Shown here in pieces: positions 1 to 13,477 of a stretch of 64,000 nt of DNA. This DNA comes from Amoebidium appalachense. Lineage: Eukaryota > Protista > Ichthyosporea. A program made the position numbers and the translations under genes. The stretch spans positions 8,994,001 through 9,058,000 of the forward strand of contig CAVNZM010000012.1 of NCBI GenBank assembly GCA_963693365.1, in the 5' to 3' direction. Numbering within the stretch: the first letter of the stretch is position 1; each line of letters starts with the position of its first letter. Under the pieces are notes generated by a model, which saw nothing but the letters and a program-made list of their open reading frames with translations, was not told the DNA's origin and did not search any database.

Positions 1-480
1 TTACCCGGCACAACATAGCTGGAGAGGAGAGCAAACCCATCGGCACCACCTTGTACTGGAACAGCTGGTCACCCAGTGCAAAGGCAGTCTTCTCCTTGCT
101 GCTCTCCTCCAACCTTATCTGCCAAAAAGCTGCTTTTAAATCAAGTTTAGCAAAGTGAGTATAGCCGTGCAGCTGTGAAAGCTGCTCGTCTATGTTAGGG
201 AGAGGCCATTGGTCTGCCTTAGTGATCCGATTCAGAGCCCTGTAATCGTTCACTAGACGCCAAGACCCGTCGGGCTTCTTAACCAATAGCACCGGACTTC
301 TCCACGGACTCGAACTATGCTCCACATGCCCCTTTTTTAACATATCACTCACTATTATTAGCGCATCCGACAATTTATACTGCTCCATTCTATAGCTAGG
401 CATCACTACCGGCCTATTATCACCTGTGTCGATCTGCATTTCAAACCCTTTAACGAAGCCTACTTCGTTATCATCGGCCA
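1..480 (-). CDS. Gypsy reverse transcriptase, N-terminal part (truncated by window; not in ORF track)
   Basis: Manual translation gives SSSPWRSPVLLVKKPDGSWRLVNDYRALNRITKADQWPLPNIDE...KLDLKAAFWQIRL...KTAF, the standard Gypsy RT motifs. Confidence 0.93.
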
Positions 481-840
481 GAAATGCAAACCGAGTCCTA
501 TCAAATAACTTAGCTAGCAATTTTTTCTGTTCTACCGTCCAATCCCCCTCCTTCATACCAAACGGCAATACTAACTCCGGGTTACCCCCATCACAAGTGG
601 ATGCATCCTTATTCACCGGAGTGCCACTTAACATTTCACCTCCTGTATTACATCGGTGCTGCTCGGGGTGAGGTTGAGGTACCTCCGGATATAGGCGGTC
701 ACCCTTAGCACCCCCCCCTCCCCCCGGCACACCAATGCCCCCGGGCAATTCCTGATGAGTTAGTGCATGTATGTGGGGGGCCAGGTCTGTGGCCACCCTG
801 CCCCCCACGGTGTTGGTTAACCCGTCAGATCCACGGGTTA

Positions 841-2285
841 CTAAACCAACACCCTCCCCCCTGCCTGCACATTCTCACACCCGGGGTGACCCTCCTTCCT
901 CTTGGGGGTCGGGGGAGTGGGACCGGGAGTGGGACCGGTGCTCTCCCGGTCCCCCCCCCCATCGTGTCGGGTGACATTTTTGTGGCTAACGTTAAATAAA
1001 GTTGCTCCCCCTCCTCCTGAGTCACCCTTCGAGCCGGCATCCTCCTTTTGGGTAATAAGAGAGACCTCTATACTACCAATCTCATTAGTGAAACTACCGA
1101 CGGAAACACCTGACCTAATCACTATAGGCTCGATGCCCGGATTCACTAATTCTATTTCTATTGTCTTCATCAGTTATCCGGCCATACCCTACTAAGGGTC
1201 CATTGGGCCACCTCCTGAAATGGGGTTTTCGGAGTAAAAACCCCTAAATCCCCTATCCTAACATGATTGCCGGCCCGGACACGTACCGTTTGGCACTGAT
1301 AAGGCTCGATTACTACTTCAGCTACCGTTCTAGCACCAGACTGATAACCGTCGAGCCCATCATGGGTTTTAATTTTAACGCCGGACTGCAATTCTAAAAC
1401 ATTCGTACGTTCAAACAAAGCATTCACATGTCTACGGAAAAATGGGGCTCCCAACAAAACACTTTGAGCTAAATCCTTAACCACATAACAAGCAACATGC
1501 ATAGCCTGGCCACCTATCTCACACGGCAACACACAAACACCTTCCACAGACATACTACTATTATTAGCACTACCTAAGGCTGTGCTAGAAGCATCTAAAA
1601 TAGGAATTTCCCCCCCGGCTCGATTAAAACGACGAATAAACGAAGCATGCACACAATTAACCTGAGCCCCTCCATCGAGCAAAGCAACAGCCTTCAACTT
1701 ACCATCAGCTAACCATACGTCTATATAATGCCGGCTAAAACCAACTAAATCCTCCTCCAATTCAAGCAACACATCATCACTCACACCCAATCCCTGCCCA
1801 CGAAGACTCACACCCTCGATACCTACGTGCAACATACCTACCTGTGGTGCCTGCACGGGTGGGGTGGGGTGTGTATGTGGTGTGGGTGGTGGTGGAGTGT
1901 GTGTGTGTGATGTGTGGGTGGGTGGTGTGTGTGTGTTTGGTGTATGTGTGGGTGTGTGTGTGGGTGTAGGTGTGTCTGCAACCGTCGTATGTTGTTGTGG
2001 TGGTGTGTTTCTACGTGTCTGTGCCTTCCCCCCCCTTCCCCCTTTACTCGTGTGTGTCCCCCCCCCTCCCGGAAACAATGGCACAGAAACCCCCTCCGGT
2101 GTGGTTAGAATAAACACCGGGTTGGGACAAGAAACACTGAGACCATCCACTTGTGGCTGGGGAACCTCCCCCAACCACAAAACATTCACACCATTCATAC
2201 CTTTGGTAGAGTCACCCCACAAACATTCATGCCATACCACCTCGACGCTGTCTTGAGGACCCACGACGATGCCCGGCTCCCACAC
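841..2285 (-). pseudogene. pol N-terminus: retropepsin-like aspartic protease and PR-RT linker, with a frame break at 1170
   Basis: ORF 1170..2285 contains AVALLDGGAQVNCV (D-x-G-A active site) and VLLGAPF. The linker continues in ORF 841..1170 in another frame. Confidence 0.8.
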
Positions 2286-2419
2286 GTATCGGGGCGGTGA
2301 GGGGGCAAAGGGAAGCTTAACCTGGGGTGGGGGAGGGTGAAGGTTCTCTGCAACCTGGGGGGGACCGATACTGTCCCCCCCCCTCCCTCAGTGACCCCAG
2401 CTTCCCCCTCCCCCGGAAC

Positions 2420-3755
2420 TCAATAGCTCTTGTAACTACGGCAATATGCAGCAGAGTGCCCTTGCCGGCCACAAAAGTAACATGCACCAAAGAAGGGGCC
2501 AGGGGGGACTTCAAAACCTTGGCGCAAAGCATAACCGGGAGCCCGGTCATGCTGGGGGGGCCCACCGTGTGCACCACGGCCCCCCCTTTCCCCCTGCCCC
2601 CCTCGGCAGTCTCTCACCACCATTTCCACCCCTCCCTCTACCCTGCCCACCACCACGAGCAAGATAAGGGGCAAACCTCTCGGTGAACTGCTGCTGTTGT
2701 CCTCCACGTCCACCTCGGCCACGACCGCCGTGTCCACCCCGGTCGCCGCCACGGCCACCCCGGAAGCCGAAGCCCCCTCGGCCAGAGAAGACGGCCTGGG
2801 AGAGCTCGGCAACCTGCTTGACCAACATGGTGAGTGCATCTGGCTGTTCACCCTCTTTTTTCTCTTTTTCCCCCTTCTGTCCACTCTCCTTCTTTTTCTT
2901 GTCTACTTCCATCACCTCCTTTTTATCCCTCTTATTGTACTTCACCTCGTGCATGGCAAGCAAGTGACGTTTAACATGCAACACCACCTCATCTACATCA
3001 TCAAGCTCCCCAAACATGCGTGCAGTGTCTGTGTTTACAGAGAGAGCCTTACGAGCAAACTCGAATTTTTCCCTATCACTCACGTCACCAGCTAACTCGC
3101 AAAGGTCTTCAAAGACCCGATATTCTCTCTCAAAGAATGCACGAGCTTCTACGGGGGACATATCTAAAGTGGGAAAGGTATACTTCCATTCTCTGAGCTG
3201 GGCCCGGAAGGTACGGCGCCGGTCGGCCGTCAGGTATCGGCCGACGAGCCGGGCCGTATACTCGAGCTCGTTTTCCGGCCGTGTGAAGGCCTCGAGCTCC
3301 CCGTCCACGTCGTCGGTGCTGTTCTCGTCCTCGTCGTCGGGGATGAACCGTGCGGCCAGACGTTTCTGGCCGAGTGTCCGGGACACCATCTCGTCCCTCC
3401 CCTCGTCGTACTGCTGCTCGTATATACGAGCCGTCACCTGGGGGGCCTGCTCGGCCCGGTACGGGTGCTCCTCCATCAGGGTGCATAAGTCGGCCATTGT
3501 TTTGTGGTCGATGCACTGTTTGATCATTAAGCACGAGGCCGCCACAGTGGGGGCCTTCTTTGTGTCTAACACTAGTGTGGGTGTGTTAGCTAGGAGTGTC
3601 CTAAGCCACCTAGGTATTTCCGAGTCGTGTTTGAGTGTAAAACTGAAAGCTGTGGTCTGTCTAACGTCTAGTGTATGAACCTGTGGTACCTGTGTGTGCA
3701 GGGAGCTATCCTCCGCTGCCAATGCGTAGAACATGTCTACGTTAAACTTAGCCAT
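2420..3755 (-). pseudogene. gag, with the CX2CX4HX4C zinc knuckle in a shifted frame
   Basis: The 402-aa ORF 2547..3755 has an RGG-rich C-terminus. The knuckle CYFCGRQGHSAAYC is in ORF 2420..2884, with the shift at a G-run near 2600. Confidence 0.82.
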
Positions 3756-3783
3756 TGTGTGGTGTTCGGGTGGTTGTGTTTAT

Positions 3784-3817
<34 letters not shown>

Positions 3818-3849
3818 CTGTGTGTATGAGGTGTAGCAACAGCCCAGAA

Positions 3850-4620
3850 GGAACTGTCACCGCGTTACCCTAGCGCGAAAAACCGCACTAAAAGAAAGGT
3901 GTAGCTTGTCGTATCCTATTATATGTGTACTAGAGACGCGGCACTCTACTAAGTGTACACACACGAAAAGGAACGAACGTGTACAGAAAAACGGTAAAGT
4001 TTATTCAGACCAGGCTCCGACGGGCAAACTTAGATCCGAACGGAATGAGTCTAAGTTACGACTGAGGCCATCAAGGCCGTGCCCTCAAAGATCATCATCA
4101 CCTGGCCCCCTACGATGCCACATTCCATTAACATTCCGATCTACTTTTATCGTGCGCCTGCACGAGCTAAGTCGATCTACTCAACTAATATATTTATCCA
4201 AGTCTCACCCCTCCCCCTCCCCCTAGTGGCACCGCAGAGTCTAAATCTACATTTCATACTATCCTCCCCCCCCCCCTCCCTCCCCCCCTTTCCTCTACAT
4301 CTACATATATAAATACGTTTGGCAACATACACTATCTAACCTTGCCAATACTTACAAAAGGGCTTCTGCCCGAACAATCACATTCCTAAGTCCTCCTACG
4401 ATCTATCCTACACACTAATTAGAATTCTATTGGACGGCTGTCCCGGCTGACGTGGTCCAATGCCCTGCGCCGGCAGAGGCAAGATGCACGCAGCTGTACA
4501 GCTATCTTGAGGCCCCGGACTTGATCTTGATGATCTGTGGACCCGGGCCACCCCCCCCCCCCCCCCCCGATCTCGATCGTAGACTTAGGCTGATCTGCTG
4601 AGACGGATTAGTATATGTCA
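3850..4620 (-). repeat. Probable 5' LTR/leader of the Gypsy element; boundaries uncertain
   Basis: Non-coding region upstream of gag with a TATA-like TATTTATATA on the minus strand near 4305-4315. No second LTR in the window and no canonical PBS found. Confidence 0.35.
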
Positions 4621-4636
4621 GTGGTGTAGAGGTGGG

Positions 4637-5957
4637 TATAATGGTACCATTGCCTCTCTATCTTCCCCTAGATACAGATGTATGCAATATAATGGTACCA
4701 TTTGTCTCTATCTTCCCCTAGATACAGATAGTATGCAATATAATGGTACCGTTTGTCTCTATCTTCCCCTAGATACACTGGCAGATGCATGCAATATAAT
4801 GGTACCATTGGTCTCTATCTTCCCCTAGATACAGATGCATGCAATATAATGGTACCATTTGTCTCTATCTTCCCCTAGATACAGATGCATGCAATATAAT
4901 GCCCCATTGGTCTCTATCTTCCCCTAGATACAGATGCATGCAATATAATGGTACCATTGGTCTCTATCTTCCCCTAGATACAGATGCATGCAATAAGTGG
5001 TACCATTGGTCTCTATCTTCCCCTAGATACAGATGTATGCAATATACGGTACCATTTGCCTCTATCTTCCCCTAGATACAGATGCATGCAATATAATGGT
5101 ACCATTGGTCTCTATCTTCCCCTAGATACAGATGTCACATAGTATGCAATATAATGGTACCATTGGTCTCTATCTTCCCCTAGATACAGCCATGCAATAT
5201 AATGGTACCATTTGTGTCTATCTTCCCCTAGATACAGATTCATGCAATATAATGGTACCATTTGTCTCTATCTTCCCCTAGATACAGATGCATGCAATAT
5301 AATGGTACCATTTGTCTCTATCTTCCCCTAGATACAGATGCATGCAATATAATGGTACCATTGGTCTCTATCTTCCCCTAGATCAGATGTATGCATTATA
5401 ATGGTACCATTTGTCTCTATCATCTTCCCCTAGATACAGATGCATGCAATATAATGGTACCATTGGTCTCTATCTTCCCCTAGATACAGATGCATGCAAT
5501 ATACGGTACCATTTGTCTCTATCTTCCCCAGGGCCTAGATACAGATGCATGCAATATAATGGTACCATTGGTCTCTATCTTCCCCTAGATACAGATGCAT
5601 GCAATATAACTTAGTACCATTTGTCTCTATCTTCCCCTAGATACAGATGCATGCAATATAATGGTACCATTTGTCTCTATCTTCCCCTAGATACAGATGT
5701 ATGCAATATAATGGTACCATTTGTCTCTATCTTCCCTGAGATACAGATGTATGCAATATAATGGTACCATTTGTCTCTATCTTCCCCTAGATACAGATGT
5801 ATGATAGTATAATGGTACCATTTGTCTCTATCTTCCCCTAGATACAGATGTATGCAATATAATGGTACCATTTGTCTCTATCTTCCCCTAGATACAGATG
5901 GATGCAATATAATGGTACCATTGGTCTCTATCTTCCCCTAGATACAGATGGATGCAA
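4637..5957. repeat. Tandem satellite, 50-bp unit, about 26 copies
   Basis: Unit GATACAGATGCATGCAATATAATGGTACCATTTGTCTCTATCTTCCCCTA repeated head-to-tail with small indels. Confidence 0.97.
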
Positions 5958-6415
5958 GTCGAAGCAGAGGGACTTTGAGAGGACACCGAAGTTAGAAAGA
6001 AGATGGCCATTGGTGAGTGGTGGCATGCGGAGGTTTCGAAAGGGGGGGGAAAAAACCCAAAATAAAAACGCAATAGCCTAGGATATTAAGACAATGGTTA
6101 TCATTAGTTAGCATCTATAAAATGAGTATAAACCGCATCATTTGAAACAACATAACGTGTGCACGTGCTGATGTTAAGCTACTGTAATAGACGTTCAATA
6201 AGAAGAAAGAATATGCACCGGTGGCCCACGACCAAGTAAGGGGCACACGGGTCACAATCGCCAAAAAGTTGTTGCCGTGCAGTAGCCCTAGGCCTTAGCC
6301 CCCCAAAAAACAATCCAAGCATGCCTTAACAGCTGGAATCGATGAGTTTTAACCAATCATGGCATGCTTATGACCAGGGAATATGGGGTCGTGGCGGCCC
6401 AAGGCCTAGGCCCCG

Positions 6416-6447
<32 letters not shown>

Positions 6448-6450
6448 CGG

Positions 6451-7340
6451 GTTTGAATGCGTCAAAAAGTACGAAGTACACAAGAACAAACGGATAACAC
6501 GATGCAGCATGCAAGCCATACATAAAGAGTATGCATAATAAGCAGAGCCCATCCTCAGGGGGGGCCCACGTCATCCACAGTACCCGAGTTTCGAAGTATT
6601 CACCTCGTTAACGAAACCCAACTCAGATACTGTTTCACTTGAACATGGGTAGGTCACCCGTCTTGATCAGAGACGAGCAGGGTTGCTTATGCAGGCAAGG
6701 GCAGTGGGAAAGGCCGGGGGTTAAAATCGCAGCAGTAAGCAGAAGCAAGAAAAATATAGATAGGAACTCAGGAGACGGGGCTTCTAGGAAGTTCCCCCGT
6801 CGATACCTAAGTCGATACTTCCCTGGCTAACATACTACACCAGCTGAAAAGAATTAAGTCCCGAAGGCCGCAGAATTCGCAATCAGAGGGGAAAATATGA
6901 GATTTGACCCACGCCGCAGGGTAGTAACACGCTTACTAGGACAGAACTTTAACGTCTTCGAACGGAAAGCTATATATGCCCCCGGATGTCAGCCGGAAAT
7001 ATGGTATCACCCATTGCTTAGGGCTTGAAAAATGCCAAATCGATAGTCCGAGTTATGTTACGCCGGCGGGTAACATGCCGCATGGGTTCCAAGGGAGCTG
7101 TCGCCAACAGGCGGTGTGTGCACATGCATGCATGCATGCGTGCATGTGAAGTGTGTCTATAGCTATGAGAGGGGGTAATGCAGAAGTGGACAGATGAAGA
7201 CGTGTGTGGAGAGAAAAACAGTAGGAAGAAAAGTAGACACCGGTGTGTGCAACCCCGCACAACATACATACACACACATAAATAAGCGAAGATTACAGGT
7301 AATCAACCAGAACAACAAATGACAAGCAAAGCAACAGGCG

Positions 7341-7342
<2 letters not shown>
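6451..7342 (-). mobile_element. ~890-bp non-coding dispersed element (putative PLE pLTR/3' region or non-autonomous PLE)
   Basis: Reverse complement of 36888..37787 at high identity, bounded by G-runs on both sides. Confidence 0.85.
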
Positions 7343-7378
<36 letters not shown>

Positions 7379-7382
<4 letters not shown>

Positions 7383-7617
7383 ACAATACCCAATGGCGAG
7401 TTTCGACCCATTCACCTCGTCGACGAAACCCAACTCAGACACTGCTTCACTTGAACATGGGTGGGTCACCCGTCTTGATCAGACACGAGCAGGGTTGCTT
7501 ATGCGAGCAGGCTACATGCAATTGCAAGGGCAGTGAGGAAGGCTGCGGGTTGAAGTTGCAGCAGTGAGCTTAGAAGCAAGAAAACTATAGATAGGAACTC
7601 AGGGGACGGGGCTTCAA
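7379..7617 (-). mobile_element. Partial tandem copy of the same family, containing the structured core
   Basis: Matches about 37455..37675 with divergence. It is separated from the full copy by a G-run. Confidence 0.8.
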
Positions 7618-8309
7618 CGTGTGTGTGTGTGTGTGTGCTGGTGGTGGTGTGGTTGTTTCAGTGTGTGGTAGGGTGGGGCGAGGGTGTGGGGGGAGCAGAG
7701 AGAGAGAGAGGGTTCCTTGTTACTCCTTTCACATGTAGGCAAGTTTCATATGGTGGGCAAAATGTCAAGGTGAGTGAAAAGAATGGGGTGCGGTTGGCAC
7801 CACCATTATATATCTATTCATGGCAGGCACAAGACAGCTACGGGATAACCAGTCCCGACGAGATATAAATCAGATAGACTATAAAAAGGTGCAGAGAGGC
7901 TAAGTATGGCGGTAAATTACAAAGTAATCATGAAAATGCATAAGATATATCTATCGAAAAACAAAACAAAAACTATGTCGGTATTTTTTTCAGATATTTT
8001 CCTTCTGTGGCAATCACACAATTTCTAGAAAAAGGGATTAACACGTCTATAGAAAAAGCCTTTCACATACTCAGACGTCAATATGACGTAGAACTGACAT
8101 CGTTTTCAAGCCACGCCTTGCTCATGCTGATATAGACCTTAATCCTAAAATGGTACAGCCAGAAAAAGTAGAACTAAAATAGAGGGGAAGAAAAAAAGAA
8201 AAGAAAACACAATCACTAGAGGGAACGAACGACCCCCTGTTCTCTCCCCTTACACACATAAAAAATGTGCACCACCCACGTGCACTCGAACCTAACAACA
8301 TTCTTTCCT

Positions 8310-8365
<56 letters not shown>

Positions 8366-8379
8366 CACCCCCGACCCAC

Positions 8380-9064
8380 CTACGTGCGTGCACTCTTATT
8401 CACCTTCTCATACACAGTAGGGAAAGCAGCCTCGCACCCATACTGTACCCTCAGTTTCTCATAGGCCTTGTGGTCAAACATCTGATAGAACTCTTCCTTC
8501 GTCATGTAGCAATCCGCATACAGCGCTTGGAACCCATCCACCTCTCGCACGTATTCCTCCAGCTTACGCACCGCGTCTCTCGCAACGAAATTCTTCACCT
8601 TGGGGTTGCCGTACGCGCCGATATCAACAAACAATTCCTCCCGCTTTCCGTTGATAGTTGCGGGGTGAATAAACCCACCATACTTGTCATAATCGGCACC
8701 GGGTACGAGCATGGGGCAAAGCCACAGCGGGTAGAGGTTGCACACATCATGGAACACGTCGATCGACCTTCCGAGCGTTGTGATTGGCACGAGCATGTCC
8801 TGAACCACGTGGTGAAGCTCGTAGAGCTTTCTCGTTGCTTCGGTCTCTGTCAGCTTCATGAGAGAAATCTTGGGGGGGACCATCCACCCAAATAGGTAGC
8901 GGAAAATGGGGTTGTTTCCGAAGGGAATAATATCTTGGAGCTCCCAGAAAATGCTGCGTGTGTGGCGGTGATAGTAGTGACGGAGGGGGATGTATTCGTC
9001 TCCCTCACCGGTGGTGAGGAAGGACTCAACGTGCTTGAAGAACCAGGGCTTGTAGTAGTGGCCT

Positions 9065-9129
<65 letters not shown>

Positions 9130-9257
9130 GTTGTTGGAGGAAAGGGGGCATAGAAGATGGCGAAATAGGAAACCGAAGGCATTATGTGTGTGTGTGATCC
9201 TTGTGATCCTCTCAGGAATTGTGCGTGTGTGTGTGGGTGGTGGTGGTGGTGGTGTGT

Positions 9258-9288
<31 letters not shown>

Positions 9289-9346
9289 GGGGGGATAAGA
9301 ATGAGGAGAAGAGGGAAGGGGGGAGGCGGGAGGGGGAAAGATGAAG

Positions 9347-9395
<49 letters not shown>

Positions 9396-9623
9396 ATTAG
9401 AAGAGGAAGAGAGGGGACGTGCAAGGGTGACCATGGGTGAAGGGGACGGTAAAGAAAACCACACGAGGAGAGGGTGTGTGGGAGTGCACATGCATGGGCA
9501 GATTGTGCCGGTGTGTGTATGCATACATGTATGTGTGAACAGAAGTGAAGGGAAGAAAAGTAAGGGAAGGGCGAGTGCATGGGTCTGCAGGGGGCTGGCG
9601 TGCGGGGTGGTGGTGGTGGTGGT

Positions 9624-9692
<69 letters not shown>

Positions 9693-11900
9693 GGGGGGGC
9701 TTGAGCAGAGAAGACCCATTTGCATACATAGCACGTGCACGTGGTTGTGGAATGCACCAACCCACTTCAAAACATGCACGTGTGTGTGTTTGCTTTTAAG
9801 CAGACCCATGCTGCAGTGTATCAGAATATAACGAATCCTGAAGGCATGCGAAAGCAATTCCCCCCCGCTCCATATGCACCTCATAAAGTGCCGGTGATGG
9901 CGGTGTTGGTGTGTGTGTGCGAGCGCATGTGTGTGTGTGGGTTGTGGGAAGAAGGGGGAGGGGCGGATGGGCACATGTACGGGTGAGCATGTGAGGAGCA
10001 TGGGCTGTATGCACACACATTGGGATGCCTGCATGGTTCGATGGTGGTGGTAATGGCAATGGTGATGGTGCATGCGAGTGTGCGTGCGTGCACGCTTGAG
10101 TGTGGGCCATCATGACGTTCTCTTTGTGTGTATAGATGCATCGTGCACGCGGGTGGACCATGCATGTCTGGAGCATAGAGAGTGGTTAACCACGTGTTGC
10201 AATGTTTGATGTGGACGTGATCGTGCATGCATTCCGTTCACACCCAAACACACCCACTCACCCACCCACACACGTACCAATCGGGTTGTACTTTGCCTGC
10301 ACGCAATTATCCGTCATGTTGCCTACCATCACCACCGCCGTATCCTTCGAATACACCAGCGCCTCCACAAAATCATTGCTCATGTTCCGACTCTCCTCCT
10401 CAAATTTGCGACAATATTCCTCCTGTGTCTTGCACGGGATATAGCGCAGATGCACATACTTCTTCGCAGGCATAATCTTGAGTTCGGCGGCAACGATAAA
10501 CCCGAGTGTACCATGCGACCAAGGCACATTGTAGAACAATTCGGGGTTTTCCACGGCGCTGCAATGCACGAACGAGCCATCTGCCATCACCAAATCGAGT
10601 GACACAATAATGTGTTGCATAAGACCAAATTTGTGGCTGCTCGTTTCGATTCCGAAGCCGCTAATGAGACCCCCCACCGTAAGATCGTCAAGTTCGGGGG
10701 TCACGCAGAGGGTCCAGCCGATGGGATTGAGAGAGGCAGTAATTTGGCCCATCGTGCAGAGGGGTTCAACACGCACAGTGCGGTTCTTGGTGTCCACCTG
10801 ATGGTGGTGGTGGTGGTTGTGTGTGTGTGTGGGGGGGGGGGGGGACGGGGGTGTTAGAATGTGGAACAGCGTACGAAGTAGAAATACACGAAGAGAAACA
10901 AGGTGCAGGAAATATGCCAAAGCTAACATTTATGTATGCAACCTCAGCATTGCGTAAAATTTAGCATAAGCACACACATCCTGGGGGGGGGAGGGGGGGG
11001 GGGGGGGTAAAGGGGGACGAAAAAGAACACCACGTACAGAAAATAGCGCACGCGCATGTGTATGTGTATGTGTGTGTGTGTGTGTGTATGTGTGTGTTTA
11101 GATGAGGCATTGGGAGGGACGGGAAAGCCCGGAAGGTCCCCCGGTGGGAGGGGGTGGGAGGGGGATGGTCGTGTGCAAACGATACTTTGAGTGAGTGGTG
11201 ATATTTCTGTCTTTCCCATCCAACACATGACCAGCCGAGACCACAACCCAGCACAGGCCAGGGGGCGTGCACATGTGCTATTAACGTAGACTGGGGTGTG
11301 TGTTTGGCAACGCCCATAAGTGTGCACGGTACCCCCATCCATGTGTGACATGTGACGTCAGGGCATGGCACACCCACCCACCGACCCAACCACACACAAC
11401 CCCCCCCAGCCAACCACCGCTACCAGTCACCAGCATATATACCGCACATCCAATCATCACCGTTGAACCACTAAGCAGGGACACTACATTATCCCCCCTG
11501 CCCCCCCCCCCCCCCCTCCCCCCCCCCACCCACTCACAGACACGCTCATTCATCCCCCATACCACACATCCCCCCTCCCCCTCCCCCCCACCCCAAATAC
11601 ACACAAATACACACAAGCACACCTCGAGCACATCGTGCAGGTCCACGTTGATGTTTGTGTGTGTGCTCTTGTACTTGCCCACACGCAGGGACATGGTCAT
11701 CCATCCAGGCCGGGCTGTGCACATCTTCGTCTTGCGCCCAGACACATTCCATTCCTTCACCTGACGCTGCACATCAGCAACACGCTCTGTGGCGGGAAAT
11801 GTGAGTACGATGGGTGTGTGTTTTAGGTGTGAAGGTGTGTGAAGGTGTGTGTGTGTGTGTGTGTGTATGTGTTTGGGGGGGGGGGGGGGGGGGGGGGGGG

Positions 11901-11945
<45 letters not shown>

Positions 11946-12132
11946 AGAGAGAGATGGCTGTCATGGAAGAACGACATCAAAACCGGGATAGAACTACAAA
12001 GACAAACGGCAACCAATACGATTGTGCAGGCAGAAAAACGTATTGGTTGCCGTTTGTCTTTGTAGTTCTATCCCGGTTTTGAACTTCCCCCCTTTCTTCC
12101 CCTTCTTACTTTTCTTTGTTGGGGGGAGGGAG

Positions 12133-12164
<32 letters not shown>

Positions 12165-13477
12165 ATATTAACATGTGTCAGAGGAGGAAGTACACATTTA
12201 AAGTGGAAAATGTATAATCTGCAGAGCACGCATCGACTATGCATCATTCTGTGTGTGTGTGTGTGTGCGTGTGTGTGTGTGTGTGGGGGGGGGGATAACT
12301 AAGATCAGGATGTCCCGTGCCGACACTAACGTGGGTATCTTATAATATAAAAAATTACTACCCAATAACCACATGGATGCATGGGTAAGAAAGAGGTCTG
12401 CATAGTACATGCACACCAGCGTGTGGACTTGGGGTGTGTATGCGTGTTGCTCACTCACTGTGTAGCTGTGGTTCTGTGTGCATGTATGACAACCCGGCAC
12501 ACCAAATAGTGAAATGCTCTCTTGGCAGGGCTTGTAAAAGGTAAAATGAACAAGTGGTGTGGAGGGGCCAGAGAATGAATGAGAGCCACAGATCGAGGGA
12601 AAGGGTGGTGGGAAGTACACAGTACGAATCACAGAGGTTTGTGGTGACACGCGAGAGCACCGCGCTTGTGCAAGTGTTTGTTTTTCAGGTAAGGAAGAGT
12701 AATCCACCACTTCACCACTCCACAAGCACACTGTGTACACGTTTGCAGGGAACCGTACGCGTGTTTTGTGCACGATGTCGGATCCCCAATTCCCCCCCAG
12801 CGGTCCCCATTGCAAAAAACTCAAACACTCACACGAACACACACACTGACATGCACCTACACGTACCCTTATGCTTGAGCGGAGCGGAACGCAGGCGGAA
12901 GACGATCATGTTGCGCAGGTAGAACAGAGTCTCATAGACCACAGACAGGGGTAGCAGGAACACCACCGCAAACACATCCCTGCAACCACGGTGACCGTCA
13001 GTCACAAAGATAAATGAAGAGTGCAAACCGCTAGGGTAGACTCGAGGCAGAAAAGTAACCGCACCAATATGGTGATGAATAATGATGGCAACGCCATGTG
13101 CTGGGGCCAAGCACAAGTCAAGATCTCTTGGCACTATCAAAGCAGTGTGTGTGACAACGTTCCTGAGTGGTGCTCCTGTTTCTGCCCATATCTATCAGTT
13201 TTCAGGTATGTCACTCAGTATGTAGACCACTTGGGCAATTTAAAAGCAAGCTCTACATGACACTGATGCATATCCATACATACAGGTTAGCGGAGAGAGA
13301 GATGTGGTGAGGAGGGAAAGGGGGGGGGGGGGGGGGTGAGTTCACATGCCTGTGGTTTGTGAGGACATACTCCACAAACTCGTTGAAGCGCTGCCGCAGA
13401 TAGCCCTCACTGGGTGCGGCCTTGGCCCCGGCAGTGGGAGCCGTGGACACAGGGTCCTTGGTCGTTGGCTGGCACAT
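8380..13477 (-). CDS. DHCR24: Delta(24)-sterol reductase, 5 exons, 535 aa
   Basis: Exons 13350-13477, 12867-12979, 11623-11786, 10278-10797 and 8380-9062 total 1608 nt in frame. Motifs [69 protein letters not shown]. Intron 1 is GC-AG. Confidence 0.96.
11977..12082. repeat. Perfect inverted repeat with 44-bp arms and an 18-nt spacer, in DHCR24 intron 2
   Basis: 11977-12020 is the exact reverse complement of 12039-12082. Confidence 0.93.

Larger units (their letters stand above)
1..3755 (-). mobile_element. Ty3/Gypsy LTR retrotransposon, 5' part (gag, protease, RT start), frameshifted; continues beyond the left window edge
   Basis: Minus-strand order is gag, CCHC knuckle, aspartic protease, RT. 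PR followed directly by RT is the Gypsy arrangement. The coding sequence is split over several frames. Confidence 0.93.

Noticed and set aside
3885-3905. Self-priming (Tf1-like) PBS for the Gypsy element
   Set aside because: The LTR boundary cannot be fixed without the second LTR, and complementarity to the presumed transcript start is short and imperfect.
4637-5957. CRISPR-like array
   Set aside because: Units are contiguous with no unique spacers, there are no cas genes and the context is eukaryotic.
6655-6667. 28S rRNA-like ACCCGTCTTGA, and 7SL-like GGTCGAAACTC elsewhere in the repeat core
   Set aside because: The matches are only about 11 nt and flanking sequence does not follow rRNA or SRP RNA.
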